NCBI GenBank assembly: GCA_012520575.1
Contig: JAAYOB010000018.1
Span: forward strand, 1,505 to 65,504
Source of the DNA: Candidatus Stramentimicrobium fermentans
Lineage (GTDB): Bacteria > Atribacterota > Phoenicimicrobiia > Phoenicimicrobiales > Stramentimicrobiaceae
Length of the DNA stretch: 64,000 nucleotides
Direction: 5' to 3'
The notes under the pieces are model-generated. The model saw only the letters and a program-made list of their open reading frames with translations. It made no database searches and had not been told where the DNA came from. Below, one piece after another: positions 1-10,348 of the stretch. The position numbers and the translations under genes were made by a program. Numbering within the stretch: the stretch's first letter is position 1; each line of letters starts with the position of its first letter.

Positions 1-147
1 AATAGAACCATTATGATGGACAGAGGGCGGATCATCCTGGATATTGCCGGTAAAAAAAGAGAAAATATTAGCACGGATTATCTGATAAAACAGTTTTCTA
101 AACTCAGAAAAGAAGAATTTGCCGAGGATAAGTTAATGCTCGCTTAA
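1..147 (+). CDS. 3' end of a gene that starts upstream of the window; the tail (...IMMDRGRIILDIAGKK...) resembles C-termini of ABC-transporter ATPases
   Basis: Frame 1 is open from the window edge to TAA at 145-147, and a terminator follows. Confidence 0.3.
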   Translation, partial: NRTIMMDRGRIILDIAGKKRENISTDYLIKQFSKLRKEEFAEDKLMLA

Positions 148-217
148 AACGTATTTATACTAAAAAAGCAAAACCACCTTTGGCCTGAACGGTTTAAAAA
201 ATAGTCCTGAATAAAAA

Positions 218-252
218 AGTTCTCCCAAAGTCAGCAGGGGAACTTTTTATTT
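218..252 (+). terminator. Rho-independent terminator (agttctccc...ggggaact stem followed by TTTTTATTT)
   Basis: GC-rich imperfect hairpin followed immediately by a T-run, downstream of the partial CDS. Confidence 0.55.
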
Positions 253-323
253 GTGGTAAAATTAAAGATAGATTTGTTTGGGTAGAGCACCTAGATTTAA
301 TATTGAATAAAAGGAGGCGGCTA

Positions 324-1532
324 ATGGAGACCAAAAGGTTATACCATAAAGACTCTTACCAAACCAAATTCCAGGCTATTATTGTTGATAAATATCCGGT
401 AACGGAACAGGGTAAACTAGCTATAGTTTTAAATCAGACCTGCTTTTATCCTAACAGTGGAGGGCAAATTAATGATAGAGGGACCATAGAGGGGATACCG
501 GTTTTAGCGGTAGAGGAAGAAGGGGATAAAATAGCCCATTATTTAGAGCAGGAGATAAAAAATGGAATCGGAGATTCAGTTAATGGAGAAATTGACTGGT
601 ATTATCGTCTGGACCATATGCAGCAGCATACCGGGCAACATATTCTCTCAGGTGTCTTGATGGAGCTCTGGCAAAGGGAGACTCAATCGTTTCATATGGG
701 TGAGGATATCTGTACTCTTGATATTCTTACTCTACCTCTCGATGAAGAAAGGATGAAGGAGGTAGAGTGGCGGGCAAATCAGATTGTCTATGAAAACAGG
801 GCAGTTCAACACTATTTTTCCCAAAATAAGATTAAATTGAGAACAGACCGTTTTAAGGAAAAACAGGAAAAGTTGGAGCAATTACGCATTATTGATATTG
901 AAAATTTTGATAAATCTGCCTGCGGGGGTACTCATTGTGAACGAACCGGCGAGGTGGGTATTATCAAAATATTAGGGTGGGAAAACCGTAAGGACAAAAT
1001 TAGGATATCTTTTCTTTGCGGTTGTAGGGCTTTGGGTGATTATCAGACAAAACATCTCATTCTAAAAACCCTTTCTCACTTTTTTACTACGGGAATAGGA
1101 AATTTAGAAGAAAAGATCAGGCAATTAAGTCTGGAGCAGAAGGAATTGATCAAATCCTATAATAAGATGGAAAAAAGAATAAATGAATGGGAAAGTGCAG
1201 AATTGCAAGCGAAAAGTCGGCGAGAAATAAAAGGGATTTCCTTAATTGAAAAAATTTTTTCAGAACAAAAAATACAGAATTTGAATCAGATAGCCATGTT
1301 GCTGGCTAAGGAAGAAAAGACGGTTATTATTTTAGCCAGCGAAGGTCCTGAGCCGGCAATATGTTTAGCACATTCGGCTGATTTGAATTGTAATCTGAAA
1401 GAAATAATGGATAAATTGCTTAGCGAATTTAACGGAAAGGGCGGCGGCTCCAATAATCTGGTTTTAGGTAAATTGGAAAGAAGAGAGGATATTAAAGAAG
1501 TCTGTCAGAGAGCTGTCGAATTAATCACTTAG
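324..1532 (+). CDS. alaX: AlaX-L type alanyl-tRNA editing protein (Ala-tRNA(Ser/Gly) deacylase)
   Basis: HTGQHIL (HxxxH) and CGGTHC (CxxxH) zinc motifs of the AlaRS second-additional/editing domain. AAGGAGG RBS at 311-317 favours the ATG at 324 over the annotated 303. Confidence 0.7.
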   Translation: METKRLYHKDSYQTKFQAIIVDKYPVTEQGKLAIVLNQTCFYPNSGGQINDRGTIEGIPVLAVEEEGDKIAHYLEQEIKNGIGDSVNGEIDWYYRLDHMQQHTGQHILSGVLMELWQRETQSFHMGEDICTLDILTLPLDEERMKEVEWRANQIVYENRAVQHYFSQNKIKLRTDRFKEKQEKLEQLRIIDIENFDKSACGGTHCERTGEVGIIKILGWENRKDKIRISFLCGCRALGDYQTKHLILKTLSHFFTTGIGNLEEKIRQLSLEQKELIKSYNKMEKRINEWESAELQAKSRREIKGISLIEKIFSEQKIQNLNQIAMLLAKEEKTVIILASEGPEPAICLAHSADLNCNLKEIMDKLLSEFNGKGGGSNNLVLGKLERREDIKEVCQRAVELIT

Positions 1533-1590
1533 CTAATTTCTAAATGTTTTTAGGAATAAATAAAGAAATAAAAAAGGTACACAGAGTTAG

Positions 1591-2754
1591 ATGCATAAAA
1601 ATCTCTTGCTCTCTTGGAAACATAATAACAGAGTTTCTGCAGTTGTTATGATTATAGTATTTACCATACTCTTTTTTATGGTAACCTTACCGGTTTCTGC
1701 TGAACGGGATTTTAAAAAGGAAGAAAAAATCGGTCGCAAGATAGCCGCTAGAATAGAAAAGCAATATGAACCGGTAGAAGATGACGAATTAATCCGGAAA
1801 GTTCAGCAAATAGGAGAACATTTGAAAGAGGTTTCAGGAATAGCGGAGATTAATTATCAGTTTAAAATTATTGAGCGCGAGGGGCCTAATGCTTTTGCCT
1901 TTCCAGGTGGATTTATCTTTCTAACGGCGGATTTGCTTGATTATGTGCAATCAGATGATGAGCTGGCAGCAGTTATGGCACATGAAATGGGGCATGTCAT
2001 ACATCAACATTCCATTAAACAGTTGAAGGATAGTAAAAAATTGAAACTGGTAGAGCTGATTACTATACTGGTAACCGGTGACCCGGCATTGGGGATACTG
2101 AGTGAGCTAACCGGTATTACCATCCTTAATGCTTATCGTCGGGAATATGAAGAAGAGGCGGATTTTACAGCATTAGAATTACTTTATAAGAGTCGCCTCT
2201 ATCATCCTATCGCCCTATTGACTTATTTTGAAAGGGTAAATAGCGAGAAAATATTAAAACCTGATATAAGGATGGGGATTTTTCAAACCCACCCCGATGT
2301 AGAATATCGGATTAAAAAGATTAAAGAATATCTCTCTGAGCACAATATTCCCCTTAATCGGCGGCTAACGACCAACTATTTACGGGTCACCGGTGATGTT
2401 CAGAAAGAGGGGCAAGTATTCGTGGTGTATATTCTGCTTAATGAGGAGCCGGTTCTATCTTTTAGCGGTAATGAAGAAGAGATGCTCAGGGTTAAGATGA
2501 CTAATGTAGTTTCTAATTTTGACCATGTACTGAGATTAGACCTGGAAGCCTATGAAATAACGGTAAATAGCTCTGAAGCGGAGCAATGTGCTTCACTGAG
2601 TATAGGTAACAAAATGATAGTCTCTCTAACCCCTGAGGAAGTTCAATTCCAGGAGTTAACTTCTTTTGAAGTATTACAAAAGGCCAAAGACATAATTGCC
2701 CGCATTTTGTGGAGAATGAAATTAGCATTACCTATCCTGCTGCTAAATCCGTAA
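1591..2754 (+). CDS. M48-family Zn metallopeptidase (HtpX/BepA-like) with N-terminal TM segment
   Basis: HEMGH zinc-binding motif (AHEMGHVIHQH) and hydrophobic N-terminus. Confidence 0.75.
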   Translation: MHKNLLLSWKHNNRVSAVVMIIVFTILFFMVTLPVSAERDFKKEEKIGRKIAARIEKQYEPVEDDELIRKVQQIGEHLKEVSGIAEINYQFKIIEREGPNAFAFPGGFIFLTADLLDYVQSDDELAAVMAHEMGHVIHQHSIKQLKDSKKLKLVELITILVTGDPALGILSELTGITILNAYRREYEEEADFTALELLYKSRLYHPIALLTYFERVNSEKILKPDIRMGIFQTHPDVEYRIKKIKEYLSEHNIPLNRRLTTNYLRVTGDVQKEGQVFVVYILLNEEPVLSFSGNEEEMLRVKMTNVVSNFDHVLRLDLEAYEITVNSSEAEQCASLSIGNKMIVSLTPEEVQFQELTSFEVLQKAKDIIARILWRMKLALPILLLNP

Positions 2755-2853
2755 ACTATTATATTAAACTTACCCCAATAAAAAACCCGGTATTCCCTCA
2801 GATTCTGAGGGAATACCGGGCTGGCAAACCTATCGTTCAGTAATAACAAATAA

Positions 2854-4206
2854 TTAGCCTAAAATACCTACGCTGTTTAGAAATACCAAAAAGATAGCAA
2901 TTGGTACTATGTATTTTATTAAGAAAGCATAACCAGAGCCCAGTTTAGCACTGGCGCCAATACTAGATTCTTCTATGGCTTTATCAGTACCCCAATACCA
3001 TCCAATGAAGGCAGCGGTAAGCATGCCGCCAAGGGGAAGCATTATATTGTTTGCCACAAAGTCAAAAGAATCCAGCAGGTCCATTCCCCTTATCGGTAAA
3101 ATGTGAGATAGCTTACTGTATCCCAAGGCCGGGAAGAAGCCCAGCAGCCAGATAAGTAGGCCCATGATAAGTGTAGCTTTTTTCCGATTAAACTTCATTT
3201 CATCGATAAAGTAGGCGGTTGCAACCTCCAGCAAGGAAATGGCTGAAGTTAAGGCGGCTATCATCAACAAGGTAAAGAACATAAAGCCAAATAGGTGTCC
3301 GGAAGGTCCCATCTTAGCAAGAACTGCCGGAATAGTGATAAAGGTAAGGCCAGGACCCGCTCCAGGTTCCAAGCCAAAGGCAAAAACTGCGGGGAAAATA
3401 ACGAAGCCAGCCAATATAGCTACAGATGTATCGCTAACGACTATATATCTGGCAGAAAGAGGAATATCTTCTTTTTTACTCAGGTAACTACCATAAGTAA
3501 TCATGCAGCCCATACCCAAGCTTAGAGAAAAGAAGACCTGTCCAAGGGCAGCCAGGAAACCTTCACCGCTGAAATTAGCCAGTACTGGTTTTAAATAGAA
3601 AGTTAAACCTGCCCCTGCCCCGGGCAATGTTACTGAGCGGATAATTAGAATAATTAACAAGACAAATAAAGCCGGCATCAAAATCAAGGACCAGCGCTCA
3701 ATTCCCTTTTCAATCCCACCAGCCACGATGCCTATACAAAGCAGCATAAATACGGTATGGTAGAACAAGATTGCGCCCGGATTGGTGATTAACCCCACAA
3801 ATATATCACCAGGCACGGCATCAGCAACCATATAAGTACCTGATTTAAACATATATGCCAGTGCCCAGCCCGCTACTACTGAATAGTAGGAAAGTATTAT
3901 AAAGCCGGCGAGCACACCCATATAGCCAACTAAAATCCAAGGCGTTCCGGGAGCAAGTGCCTTAAATGCACCGACGGCAGCTCTCTGTGTTTTACGTCCA
4001 AGCAGCAATTCTGAATTCATTACGGGATAGCCGACAAATATTAATATAAGAATATAGACTAAGACAAATGCTCCACCACCGTATTTGCCAGTGATAAAAG
4101 GGAATCTCCAGATATTCCCCAAACCGATTGCAGAGCCGGCAGCAGCAGCGATAAAACCTATACGCGATTGCCACTGTTCTCTTTGATTTCCATCCATTCT
4201 TTTCAA
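2854..4206 (-). CDS. Sodium-dependent transporter of the SNF/NSS family
   Basis: N-terminal AIGLGNIWRFP motif typical of neurotransmitter:sodium symporter family; 11-12 predicted TM helices. Confidence 0.85.
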   Translation of the reverse strand: MKRMDGNQREQWQSRIGFIAAAAGSAIGLGNIWRFPFITGKYGGGAFVLVYILILIFVGYPVMNSELLLGRKTQRAAVGAFKALAPGTPWILVGYMGVLAGFIILSYYSVVAGWALAYMFKSGTYMVADAVPGDIFVGLITNPGAILFYHTVFMLLCIGIVAGGIEKGIERWSLILMPALFVLLIILIIRSVTLPGAGAGLTFYLKPVLANFSGEGFLAALGQVFFSLSLGMGCMITYGSYLSKKEDIPLSARYIVVSDTSVAILAGFVIFPAVFAFGLEPGAGPGLTFITIPAVLAKMGPSGHLFGFMFFTLLMIAALTSAISLLEVATAYFIDEMKFNRKKATLIMGLLIWLLGFFPALGYSKLSHILPIRGMDLLDSFDFVANNIMLPLGGMLTAAFIGWYWGTDKAIEESSIGASAKLGSGYAFLIKYIVPIAIFLVFLNSVGILG

Positions 4207-4819
4207 CTCCTTTTAAAATTAAATTTCATGATATTAATTTAGAATAAAAAATAAGTAAAATGATTCTTCAAATTGATTTTACAATGCAGGTATTTGAATG
4301 ATTACCCCCCTCCCTTTAGTTTATTCTATTAGGTTAGTTTTTTGTAATTGAGCAGAACGATAGATTTATGTTTATTTAACGTAACCCATTGCAGTAATGA
4401 CCTTGTCAGTTATGAGTAAGTCTTAATACGTATAATTGATTCAGTATGTTAGCACAATCAAATATCAATGTCAAAAATAGGAGATGAACAAAATATTGTT
4501 TTGAGAATAATTCCATTTAACTATAGAAAGTTTTTGTTTCAAGAGCTAAATAAATACAAGTATTTTGCGCTGGAGAGAGCACAACTATTAAAGCAGCCTT
4601 TATCTTGTATATATCCTACCATATAAATTATTACATTGCAATAACTTTTACAGAATACTAAATACTGTATTTTGGGATTAGAATATTCTATATCTTTACC
4701 GATACCGGGTCAACTTTTCATCGGCGGCATTTGTACTATAATTTTTCAGTTATGTTATTATAGTTATTAATTGCTATTAAATTTGATACGCTGTTTTTCA
4801 TAAAGAAAAAGGTATAAAA

Positions 4820-5107
4820 ATGAAAAAGAACAAAGAAAAGGCAGGTGCCTATATCAGAGTGAGCGGTATGGTGCAGGGAGTCGCTTATCGCCATTATGCC
4901 CGAGAAGTTGCTGAGCAGCTTGGCATTAAGGGCTGTATTAAAAATTTGATTAATGGTGACGTAGAATTGATAGTAGAAGGTTCTCAAAAGGCGGTAAAAC
5001 AGATGATTGAATGGTGCAAAGAGGGCCCTCGTTTAGCGATTGTTGAGAATATTGAGGTAGACTGGTTACCCTATTCGGGGGAATTTAACCGGTTTTATAT
5101 AAGATGA
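4820..5107 (+). CDS. acyP: Acylphosphatase
   Basis: 95 aa; VQGVAYRHY...CIKNL..G.VE motifs of the acylphosphatase fold. Confidence 0.8.
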   Translation: MKKNKEKAGAYIRVSGMVQGVAYRHYAREVAEQLGIKGCIKNLINGDVELIVEGSQKAVKQMIEWCKEGPRLAIVENIEVDWLPYSGEFNRFYIR

Positions 5108-5199
5108 TTTGATGATTTATAATTAGAATTTGAATATTATAGTTTTAGCTTTTATAATTTTAGTTGATATTTGTTTCCTATTAAAAAGGCAAAAGAAAG

Positions 5200-5931
5200 G
5201 TGAAAGGTATGTTAATCTTACAGGATGTTTCTTTTTTAGCCGCTTTTATGGCAGGAGTTCTTTCTTTTCTTTCCCCCTGCCTTCTACCCTTAGTACCGGG
5301 ATATATCTCTTTTATATCCGGATTATCTTTAGAAGAACTCAGCTCCCCAGACCATAGAAGCAGCGCCTCTCTATATCGGATTTTAACCGGTGCTTTCAGT
5401 TTTATTCTGGGCTTTTCTTTGGTATTTGTGTCTTTAGGTGCCTCAGCCACCTTATTAAGTAAATTTATGCAGGAATACGCGCTCTGGTTTAAAAGAATAG
5501 GTGGTGCAATTATTATTATTTTTGGCTTGCACATGCTGCACGTGATAAATATTCCCTTTCTACAATATCAAAAGAAAATTAACCTGAAACAGTCCGTATC
5601 TTTCAATATATTTCTGACCCCTTTTCTTATCGGTTTTGCCTTTGCCTTCGGCTGGACACCCTGTATCGGCCCCATTTTAGCGTCTATTTTGCTCTATGCC
5701 GGTACGCAGGAGACGGTAAATAAGGGAATTGTTCTGCTCTTGTTTTATTCCGCCGGGCTAGGCGTTCCCTTTTTGTTGACCGCATTGGCGGTCAATCAGT
5801 TTTATAAAATAGCAAGCAAAATAAAAAAAGCTTTTCTCATTATAGAAGTCGTGGGAGGAGTGCTATTAATCATTATCGGTATCCTGGTTTTTAGTGATAA
5901 CCTCTCTCTCCTCTCTAAGTTAGCCGGATAA
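5200..5931 (+). CDS. ccdA: Cytochrome c-type biogenesis / thiol-disulfide electron transporter CcdA (DsbD transmembrane core)
   Basis: Multi-TM protein with conserved Cys in FLSPCLLPLVPGY and WTPCIGPIL, the CcdA/DsbD_2 signature. Confidence 0.8.
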   Translation: MKGMLILQDVSFLAAFMAGVLSFLSPCLLPLVPGYISFISGLSLEELSSPDHRSSASLYRILTGAFSFILGFSLVFVSLGASATLLSKFMQEYALWFKRIGGAIIIIFGLHMLHVINIPFLQYQKKINLKQSVSFNIFLTPFLIGFAFAFGWTPCIGPILASILLYAGTQETVNKGIVLLLFYSAGLGVPFLLTALAVNQFYKIASKIKKAFLIIEVVGGVLLIIIGILVFSDNLSLLSKLAG

Positions 5932-5982
5932 AAATTGACTTAGCATAAACTTAGTTTATAATTTAAAAATATTCTAAAAATT

Positions 5983-6549
5983 ATGAAGAAGGTAAGAATA
6001 ATGTTGTTAAACAGAAGAAGAATAGGTTTACATATATTAGTTTTGGTAATAGCTTTGTCCTTTGTCTTGATAAGTTGTTCCAATGACCAGGCTAAATCTA
6101 CTGAAAAAGAAAAAGAAGAAAAATTTACCTGGCTCCCTTACGATCAGGCTCTGAGCAAATCCAGTGTGGAAAATGTTCCCACCTTGCTATATTTTTACTC
6201 TGACAATTGTGGCTGGTGTAGGAAGATGGAACAGGAAAACTTTGCTAACAAAGAAGTGCAGGATATCTTAATTGAATATTTTGCCAGTGTGCGGATCGAC
6301 AGCAATTCCAGCAATAACGTTGTAGCAGGGGCGCAAAAAATGACCGAGAAGCAATTGTCTGCTGAGCTTTATAATGTTACCGGACTTCCAACTATCTGGT
6401 TTTTGGATAGCGAGAACCAGAAAATCGCTAACTTACCGGGCTTTGTACCTGTTGATACCTTTTTAGATATACTGCACTATATTGGAGAAGGCTATTATAA
6501 AGAGCACACCTTTCCGGAGTATTTAGAATTAAAACAAGAGAGTCAATAA
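5983..6549 (+). CDS. Thioredoxin-fold lipoprotein (TlpA/DsbE-like thiol:disulfide oxidoreductase)
   Basis: CGWC active-site motif; signal peptide with lipobox LISC; adjacent to ccdA. Confidence 0.7.
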   Translation: MKKVRIMLLNRRRIGLHILVLVIALSFVLISCSNDQAKSTEKEKEEKFTWLPYDQALSKSSVENVPTLLYFYSDNCGWCRKMEQENFANKEVQDILIEYFASVRIDSNSSNNVVAGAQKMTEKQLSAELYNVTGLPTIWFLDSENQKIANLPGFVPVDTFLDILHYIGEGYYKEHTFPEYLELKQESQ

Positions 6550-6761
6550 TAACCTTTAATTCAAGATATAATTCCAAAAGCCAGTGCTATACTTCTGAAC
6601 TGATTGGTTTTCAGTCGAGCAGCCTTCTGAAAATTATAGCAATCACCACTTTATTTAACCCAACGGGTATTCCCCGCTGTGAAGATGTGGGTGTCTGTAC
6701 TAATATGTCATCTATTTTGTGACCGGCTTCGGCTAAAAATATTTTAGTCTGGTAGAATAAA

Positions 6762-7742
6762 TTGGAAAATGTTACACTTAAAATAGAGAGCACTATTAAA
6801 AACATAAGGAGAACTGCGGCAGAGGAGACTGTTATTGTTGCCTTTTCCGGAGGGTTGGACAGTACAGTAACATTATTTTTAGCCAAAGAAGCCTTGGGAA
6901 AGAAGAAAGTAATTGCAGCCCATGTAGATTTTGGATTATTTACTTACCATAAGGTTTATCAGAATGTCAAGACAATTTGTGATGAAATTGGAGTGCCGTT
7001 ACAAATCATTTCCGGAGTATCAGAGCAGCGCAGCATAATGAAAGGCGGCCCCGATTGCAATCTCTGTACCAGAAAAGTAAAATTAGGGTTAATTAGGGCA
7101 AAATTTAACAACCGGCTTATTCTTACCGGTTCCAACCAGAGCGATAGCTGGGGTCAATATGGAATAATGTTCGTTGATGGTTTTTATGCTCCGCTCTTTC
7201 ATTATTCCAAAAAAGATATAGAAAATATAGCTACATATTTGAACTTAAAAGTTGAACACATTGGAGAAAATGTTTATCGGGAAGGATGTAAATTAAAACA
7301 CCTGCTTAAGCCACTGATTAGCATGACCTATCACGGTCAGGCAGTCTCTTTGGCTAACGAAATACTGCTACAACAAATAAATAAATTAAATCTCACTACC
7401 TCTATTGCCAATGTTAAAATTATTGGTCCTTTAAGCAGGAATATCGGGTTGATTAATGTTTTTCCCATACCGAATTGTCAGCATAGAAATGTAATTATTA
7501 AAAAAATTAGCAGTATAGCTGAAATTGATGACTGTCTAATAGTAGATAGACCATTGGAATTGACCATAAAGGCGAACAGGGGACAGTTCAATAATCTGCG
7601 TTCACGCTACTGGCTCGAGAGAGGGAGGCTGCAGCCGGAATTTGCTGCACCATTGAAATTTAAATGGCTTTTGACCACAAATCGTAGACTGCAAACATTT
7701 CAGGTTGTCGCTTTTAATCCGGCGGGAACCCCATGCCTGTAA
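6762..7742 (+). CDS. PP-loop ATP pyrophosphatase superfamily protein (LarE/ThiI/NadE-like adenine-nucleotide alpha-hydrolase)
   Basis: SGGLDS PP-loop motif in VIVAFSGGLDSTV; conserved Cys residues downstream (CNLCTRK). Start uncertain. Confidence 0.55.
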   Translation: MENVTLKIESTIKNIRRTAAEETVIVAFSGGLDSTVTLFLAKEALGKKKVIAAHVDFGLFTYHKVYQNVKTICDEIGVPLQIISGVSEQRSIMKGGPDCNLCTRKVKLGLIRAKFNNRLILTGSNQSDSWGQYGIMFVDGFYAPLFHYSKKDIENIATYLNLKVEHIGENVYREGCKLKHLLKPLISMTYHGQAVSLANEILLQQINKLNLTTSIANVKIIGPLSRNIGLINVFPIPNCQHRNVIIKKISSIAEIDDCLIVDRPLELTIKANRGQFNNLRSRYWLERGRLQPEFAAPLKFKWLLTTNRRLQTFQVVAFNPAGTPCL

Positions 7743-7858
7743 GGGTGAGGGTATGTATATAATGTGATATTTAGGTTAGAATAACTTTGAGAGGGAAAAT
7801 TATTCTATTAGCGTATTATAGTCATATTTTAAAAAATTGATATAAAGGAGTATATTTT

Positions 7859-8401
7859 ATGAATTTATCTTTAGGTTATATTAATCCGGAAGATGTATTA
7901 AAAAATACGGCGGAATTGATGGCTCTTTCCGCCCGGACGGCACCCAAGTCGGCCGGTCAAGATTTTGTAGTGATTAAAATAATTACAAGGGATGAGATAG
8001 ACCGGTTGGCGGAGGCAATGGTTCAATATGGCATTGAGACCAATAAACGGAACTTCGACCGAGATAGTAAGAATGTAAAAAACTCACCGGTAATACTTTT
8101 GATTGGCTTAAAAGATTCACAAACAGTAGGTTTGAATTGCGGTGCCTGCGGATTCGAACGCTGTAAAGATTGTGAAGCTCACGAAGGACCGGAATTTGAT
8201 GGCCCTCAATGCGCCCTGCGCATTCTGGATATGGGAATAGCTATCGGTTCAGCGGTGAAGATGGCCGGTATTATGGGAGTAGATAATAGAATAATGTATA
8301 GGATAGGCGTGGTTGCTAAAAAGATTGGCTTAATTGAAGCAAGTTTTGTAATGGGTATTCCTCTTTCTGCTACCGGTAAGAATATTTATTTTGACCGTTA
8401 G
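7859..8401 (+). CDS. Conserved hypothetical protein with CxxC-x5-CxxC motif (DUF2148-like ferredoxin-type domain)
   Basis: 180 aa; CGACGFERCKDC cluster. Identification from memory of the family, not verified. Confidence 0.4.
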   Translation: MNLSLGYINPEDVLKNTAELMALSARTAPKSAGQDFVVIKIITRDEIDRLAEAMVQYGIETNKRNFDRDSKNVKNSPVILLIGLKDSQTVGLNCGACGFERCKDCEAHEGPEFDGPQCALRILDMGIAIGSAVKMAGIMGVDNRIMYRIGVVAKKIGLIEASFVMGIPLSATGKNIYFDR

Positions 8402-8634
8402 AAAGTAGCGATAAATTTTCCCCTTACCTTAAAATGAAAAATAAATAGTGCGCAAGAATTACCCGGCTGATAAGACAAAATTGTATAAAGATTTCGCAGC
8501 TGAGATATGCCAGTATAGAATATCTTTTTAATGGATAAATATTGAGGGCAACAGACACATTAATATTACTTATTTTTCAAGGGTGCTATAATATTGTAAA
8601 ATATATTTAAAAAAATTATTCCTTCTTCCAGTTT

Positions 8635-8650
8635 TGGCACAAATATTGCT
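8635..8650 (+). promoter_or_regulatory. Sigma-54 (RpoN) promoter: TGGCAC-N5-TTGCT (-24/-12)
   Basis: ttTGGCACaaataTTGCTcat matches the TGGCACG-N4-TTGCW consensus with exact spacing; about 150 nt upstream of the htrA start. Confidence 0.6.
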
Positions 8651-8803
8651 CATCATAATCTATTAGAGAAAAATTACTGAAATTCCATAATAGGAGATGA
8701 TGCTATATGAGGAACATTCTGGTAAATGAATACATTCGCAAGAAAACAATTTTTTTGTCAAATCAATCAAACACAAAATTATAAATTTTTAAAGGAGAAA
8801 GCA

Positions 8804-10231
8804 ATGTTTAAGATGTTTCATATAAATAAACAAAAAATAGCCGTTATATTGGCTCTGATTTTTCTACTGACTATGGTTTTAAATATGGGCGTATGGGCAG
8901 ATCCGGCGGTATTGGCTATACAGTCACTGAGTGATAATATTGCCGCCATTGCCGAAAAAGTAGGGCCGGCAGTGGTTAATATTGACGTGGTTCGCTATGT
9001 AACATCCTCACCATTCAGCATTAGGGACCCCATTTTTGAGTGGTTCTTTGAACAACGTGAAGAGTTTAGGAGAAGAGTTCCCCAAAAAGGTGCCGGTTCA
9101 GGTTTTATCGTGGATAAAGAGGGTTATGTTCTAACCAATGAGCATGTGGTAAGGGGGGCCGAAGAAATAAAAGTAACCTTAGCTGACAAGCGGGAATTTA
9201 AAGGCAAGGTTGTTGGCTCCGATACCACCACCGATATGGCTATCATTAAGATTGAAGCAAAAAATCTACCGGCGGTAGCACTGGGAGATTCTGATGAATT
9301 AAGAGTAGGTGAGATAGTAATAGCTATTGGTAACCCCTATAATTTAGATAAAACAGTCACTATGGGTGTGGTTAGTGCCAAAGGAAGAAATATCTCTGCC
9401 GGTACGGGGGAACATGAATATAGTAATCTAATTCAAACAGACGCAGCCATTAACCCCGGTAACAGCGGAGGCCCTCTTTTAAATACCAAAGGAGAGGTAA
9501 TCGGTATCAATACCGCAATAATTCCCTATGCTCAAGGCATCGGATTTGCTATCCCGGTTAATGTGGCTAAAAGAAATCTTGATGATTTGATTAATTTAGG
9601 TAAAGTGAGAAGACCATGGATAGGTGTCTATATACAAGAAGTAACTCCGGAGATTGCCGACCAATTTAAGCTGGATAAGGCAGAAGGTGTGCTTATTGCT
9701 GATGTAATCAGCGGAAGCCCGGCCGAACAATCCGGATTAGCTCGAGGTGATGTGATTCTTTCCGTAGATAATAAAAAAGTCAATTCACCCCAGGAATTAC
9801 AGGATGCAATACGATCTTTGCAGATTGGTGACAAGGCTACTCTAAAGGTGAATAGAGATGGAAAAGAATCCCCCTTCGTCTTGAGAATTGAAGAAATGCC
9901 GGCAGATGAGACTACTGTCACCGGAGATAAGATCTTTGCCGAACAAACCGGGATTAGGGTAGAGAAAGTAACACCGGAAATTGCTCGCAGATCAGGTCTG
10001 CCCAAAACTACCGGTTTGATAATTACAGAGGTTATCCCGGGAAGTTCTGCCGAGGATATGGGCTTACGAATTGATGATATTATTTTAGAGGCAAACAGAC
10101 GAGAAGTAGCAGATTTAGAGCAGTGGGAAAACATAACGAGCAATCTGAAACCCGGAAATACACTGCTTCTTCTGGTTTTTCGGAGTAATCGTACCTACTA
10201 TGTGCCTATTAAGATAGCCGAATTAGAGTAA
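8804..10231 (+). CDS. htrA: HtrA/DegP-family periplasmic serine protease with two PDZ domains
   Basis: GNSGGPL catalytic-serine motif, signal peptide, two C-terminal PDZ-like repeats. AAAGGAG RBS supports the ATG at 8804, not 8726. Confidence 0.85.
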   Translation: MFKMFHINKQKIAVILALIFLLTMVLNMGVWADPAVLAIQSLSDNIAAIAEKVGPAVVNIDVVRYVTSSPFSIRDPIFEWFFEQREEFRRRVPQKGAGSGFIVDKEGYVLTNEHVVRGAEEIKVTLADKREFKGKVVGSDTTTDMAIIKIEAKNLPAVALGDSDELRVGEIVIAIGNPYNLDKTVTMGVVSAKGRNISAGTGEHEYSNLIQTDAAINPGNSGGPLLNTKGEVIGINTAIIPYAQGIGFAIPVNVAKRNLDDLINLGKVRRPWIGVYIQEVTPEIADQFKLDKAEGVLIADVISGSPAEQSGLARGDVILSVDNKKVNSPQELQDAIRSLQIGDKATLKVNRDGKESPFVLRIEEMPADETTVTGDKIFAEQTGIRVEKVTPEIARRSGLPKTTGLIITEVIPGSSAEDMGLRIDDIILEANRREVADLEQWENITSNLKPGNTLLLLVFRSNRTYYVPIKIAELE

Positions 10232-10348
10232 TTTATTGTTGTCAACACTTGTACTCATAGTGTAACTAAGTAATAGAAGAGGAAAGGAGAATCAGCTTTA
10301 TTGTTTTTTGCTGGTTCTCCTTTTCTTATCAGAAGGAAATAATATTAT

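Noticed and set aside
9628-10143. 171-aa minus-strand ORF inside htrA
   Set aside because: Entirely antisense to a well-supported HtrA coding region. Low-complexity Ser/Ile-rich translation typical of a shadow ORF.
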